A stretch of 64,000 bases of DNA from Azolla caroliniana (taxonomy: Eukaryota; Plantae; Polypodiophyta), in the NCBI GenBank assembly GCA_043228905.1, contig JBHGNT010000013.1, positions 8,866,001-8,930,000 on the forward strand, written 5' to 3'. The translations under genes and the position numbers were made by a program. Each line of letters begins with the position of its first letter. Position 1 is the stretch's first letter. Below the pieces are notes generated by a model. That model saw only the letters and a program-made list of their open reading frames with translations. It had not been told where the DNA came from and made no database searches. Below are positions 61,715-64,000 of this stretch, piece by piece.

Positions 61715-64000
61715 CAAGAAAGAAGAGTGCGTGGATTGCAAGGAGAAGCAACATGTGTCACACCTAGTGGCGCATGTAAACTAGTACTACCCGACAAGAA
61801 GCACAAGCGCCGGATACAAGAATTCGAGAAGATGCTGAAAGAAGAGAATATAATAGAAGAAGGAGAGTTCGTGACTCATATTATGGAAGAAGCCTCATTT
61901 AACGACACCATCGGCGAAATCGAGGACGTCGTGGACTTGAGCTATCTTCACAACCAACGCGTGATTTCGGTTAACTCCGTCAACATGTACGCTATCATTG
62001 ATGAATACCGTCGTGGCATCTCGATGAAGGAAGCTGACATCAACACGAAATATAAAACGGTGGATAAGAAGATCAAGCCAGTTGTGGTTCCGCTACCGGA
62101 AGATAGCTGGCAAAAGATGAAGGAAGTCGCTAACGATCCAAGCTTAAGAGATCCGAAGAAGATAGGTCATGACTTCACCAAAGAGACGAAGGGGAAGCTA
62201 TGAGTTGGAAAGGAGGATTTCCTTCTCCCTGAAGAGGAGCGAATGTTTCGCGATATGCTTGAGAGACATGGGAAGGCTTTCGCATTCTTCCCACGAGAAA
62301 TCAGATGCGCCGACCCAAAGGTTATAGAGACGATGGTGATCTTCACGGTGCCTCATTTGCCTTGGAATTTGAAACCGAAACCGGTTCCGAGAGCACACCT
62401 TCCGAAGCTAATCGAGCTCTTAAAGGAGAAGGTGAGTATGGGAATTCTAGAACCGTCGAATGCTCCTTATTCCAATAGGTGGTTCACGGTGCCGAAGAAG
62501 AATGGATCATTGCGATTCATCCAGGATCTTCAACCCGTCAACAAGGTGACAATTCGAAATGCCGGAATCGGTCCGAGCGTGGACGAATTTGCCGAAGCGT
62601 TTGCGGGCCGGTCCATCTACTCCATTGGCGATCTCTACTCCGGATATGACCAATTCCAATTGGCGATTGACAGTCGGGACATTACAACCATGAGGACTCC
62701 GATCGGGCTTGTGCGGATGTGTACCTTACCCCAAGGCGCAACGAACTCGGTGGCTCATATGGTGAATGGCATGAATAAAGTCTTGAAGGATTGCATTCTG
62801 GACATCACGATGCCATTCTTGGATGATATTCCGATAAAAGGATGTTCGGATGAGGAGAAAGATGAATCGAAAGATAAGGAAGGTTGTAGACAGTTCGTTG
62901 CGGATCATATGAAAGATTGCGAGAAGGTGCTTCAAAGGCTCGAAGATGCGAATTTGACATTTTCGGGAGAAAAATCCGCATTCGGGCAACCGGAGATCTT
63001 GGTGGTAGGTCACTTGTGTGGAGCATACGGCCGAAAGCCCTCGCCATCCAAAGTGAACGCAATCCAAGACATGAAAAAAGAATGCGAAAACCAAACGGAG
63101 GTTCGAAGGTTCCTTGGAGCGTGCGCGTTTTATCATATATGGATTCCTCACTACGCTCATGTCGCCGAACCATTATATGGACTACTAAAGAAAAGAATAA
63201 AGTTCAAATGGCGAGACGAGCACACAAAGGCGATGCGAAGATTAAAGAAACTACTTCTTGAAGCTCCGGCACTAAGGAAGGCCGACTATGCCGAAGGGAA
63301 ACCAATTTACGTGACCGTAGATACGAGCCCAACTGGAATCGGGTGGGTCATCAATCAAGAAGGTGAAGATAATGCGCGATATGCCGTCCAGTCTGGAGCA
63401 AAGGTTCTCAGCGAACGGCAACAAAGATATGCCCAAGTCAAGCGGGAACTTTGGGGTATTGTGTCGGCAGTGAAGACGGACAAAGATTACCTGATCGGGT
63501 CAGAAGTGATAATAGAGATGGATTGTCTCCCAATTCTCGGAATGGTCTCGGGATGTGCGACCCCAGATCTTGCTATGCTAAGGTGGATCGCCTACATCAA
63601 GTCTTTAAACCCAGAGATCCGTCACATTGCAGGGAAGAAGAACGCCATGGCTGACATGCTGTCGAGAACAAGATTTTCAAATGGAAGTAACATGGTTTCG
63701 GAAGATGAAAATGTCGCCCTCGACTTCTTCAAGATGGCTCGATTGTCGGCGGAAGACCAGGACACGCAAACCCTCCACGCCTTTAACGAGAACGAGTACG
63801 AAGGGGAGTGGTTACTCATTGCTAGATTCCTAAGAACATTGACGGCAAATGCTTCGTTGACAAAGGAGGAGGCCCTACGAATCCGAAAGAAAGCTTACCG
63901 ATACTTCTTGAAGGGAGGATTCCTTTGGCGACATCCAAAAAGAAGGACAGGAATACCACGTCGAGTGGTGGTAAAGAAAGAAGAGCAAGAGACGTTGATG
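61658..64000 (+). pseudogene. Gypsy pol (RT, RNaseH) in the -1 frame, one TGA at 62201
   Basis: The frame is open from the slippery site through ORF 61727-62203. After the TGA it continues with IQDLQPVNKVT, GDLYSGYDQ, PFLDDI and RNaseH motifs. Confidence 0.85.

Larger units (their letters stand above)
58404..64000 (+). mobile_element. Ty3/Gypsy LTR retrotransposon (5' part; runs off the window)
   Basis: 5' LTR 58404-59395 has 9-bp terminal inverted repeats TGTCGTGAA/TTCACGACA. PBS at 59404-59421. gag has CVWCDSMDHMRRDC and protease LIDHGSEIN, followed by RT (PQGATNS, PFLDDI) and RNaseH (VDTSPTGIG). Confidence 0.93.

Overview
This is a land-plant nuclear window; the transposon lineages suggest a seed-free plant such as a fern, which is inference. 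It holds one intact host gene, DDB1 (minus strand, 19 exons, 14938-25329, 1088 aa), between dense blocks of nested LTR retrotransposons. Most are Ty1/Copia: three complete copies of one tRNA-iMet-primed family, several truncated or related copies, and a young Tork/Tnt1-like element. There are also two Ty3/Gypsy elements, two solo LTRs with TSDs and further isolated LTRs. The most notable signals are four. (1) A tRNA-Trp-primed Gypsy has a G-GAU-UUU slippery site plus pseudoknot for -1 gag/pol frameshifting. (2) Two unrelated Gypsy LTRs each carry an antisense tRNA-like A-box/B-box module. (3) A 9-unit array at 32.3-33.2 kb has hairpin-forming cores. (4) The Copia family has a conserved inverted repeat caging the PPT/U3 junction and a duplicated PPT. 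All coordinates and divergence counts were read by eye.
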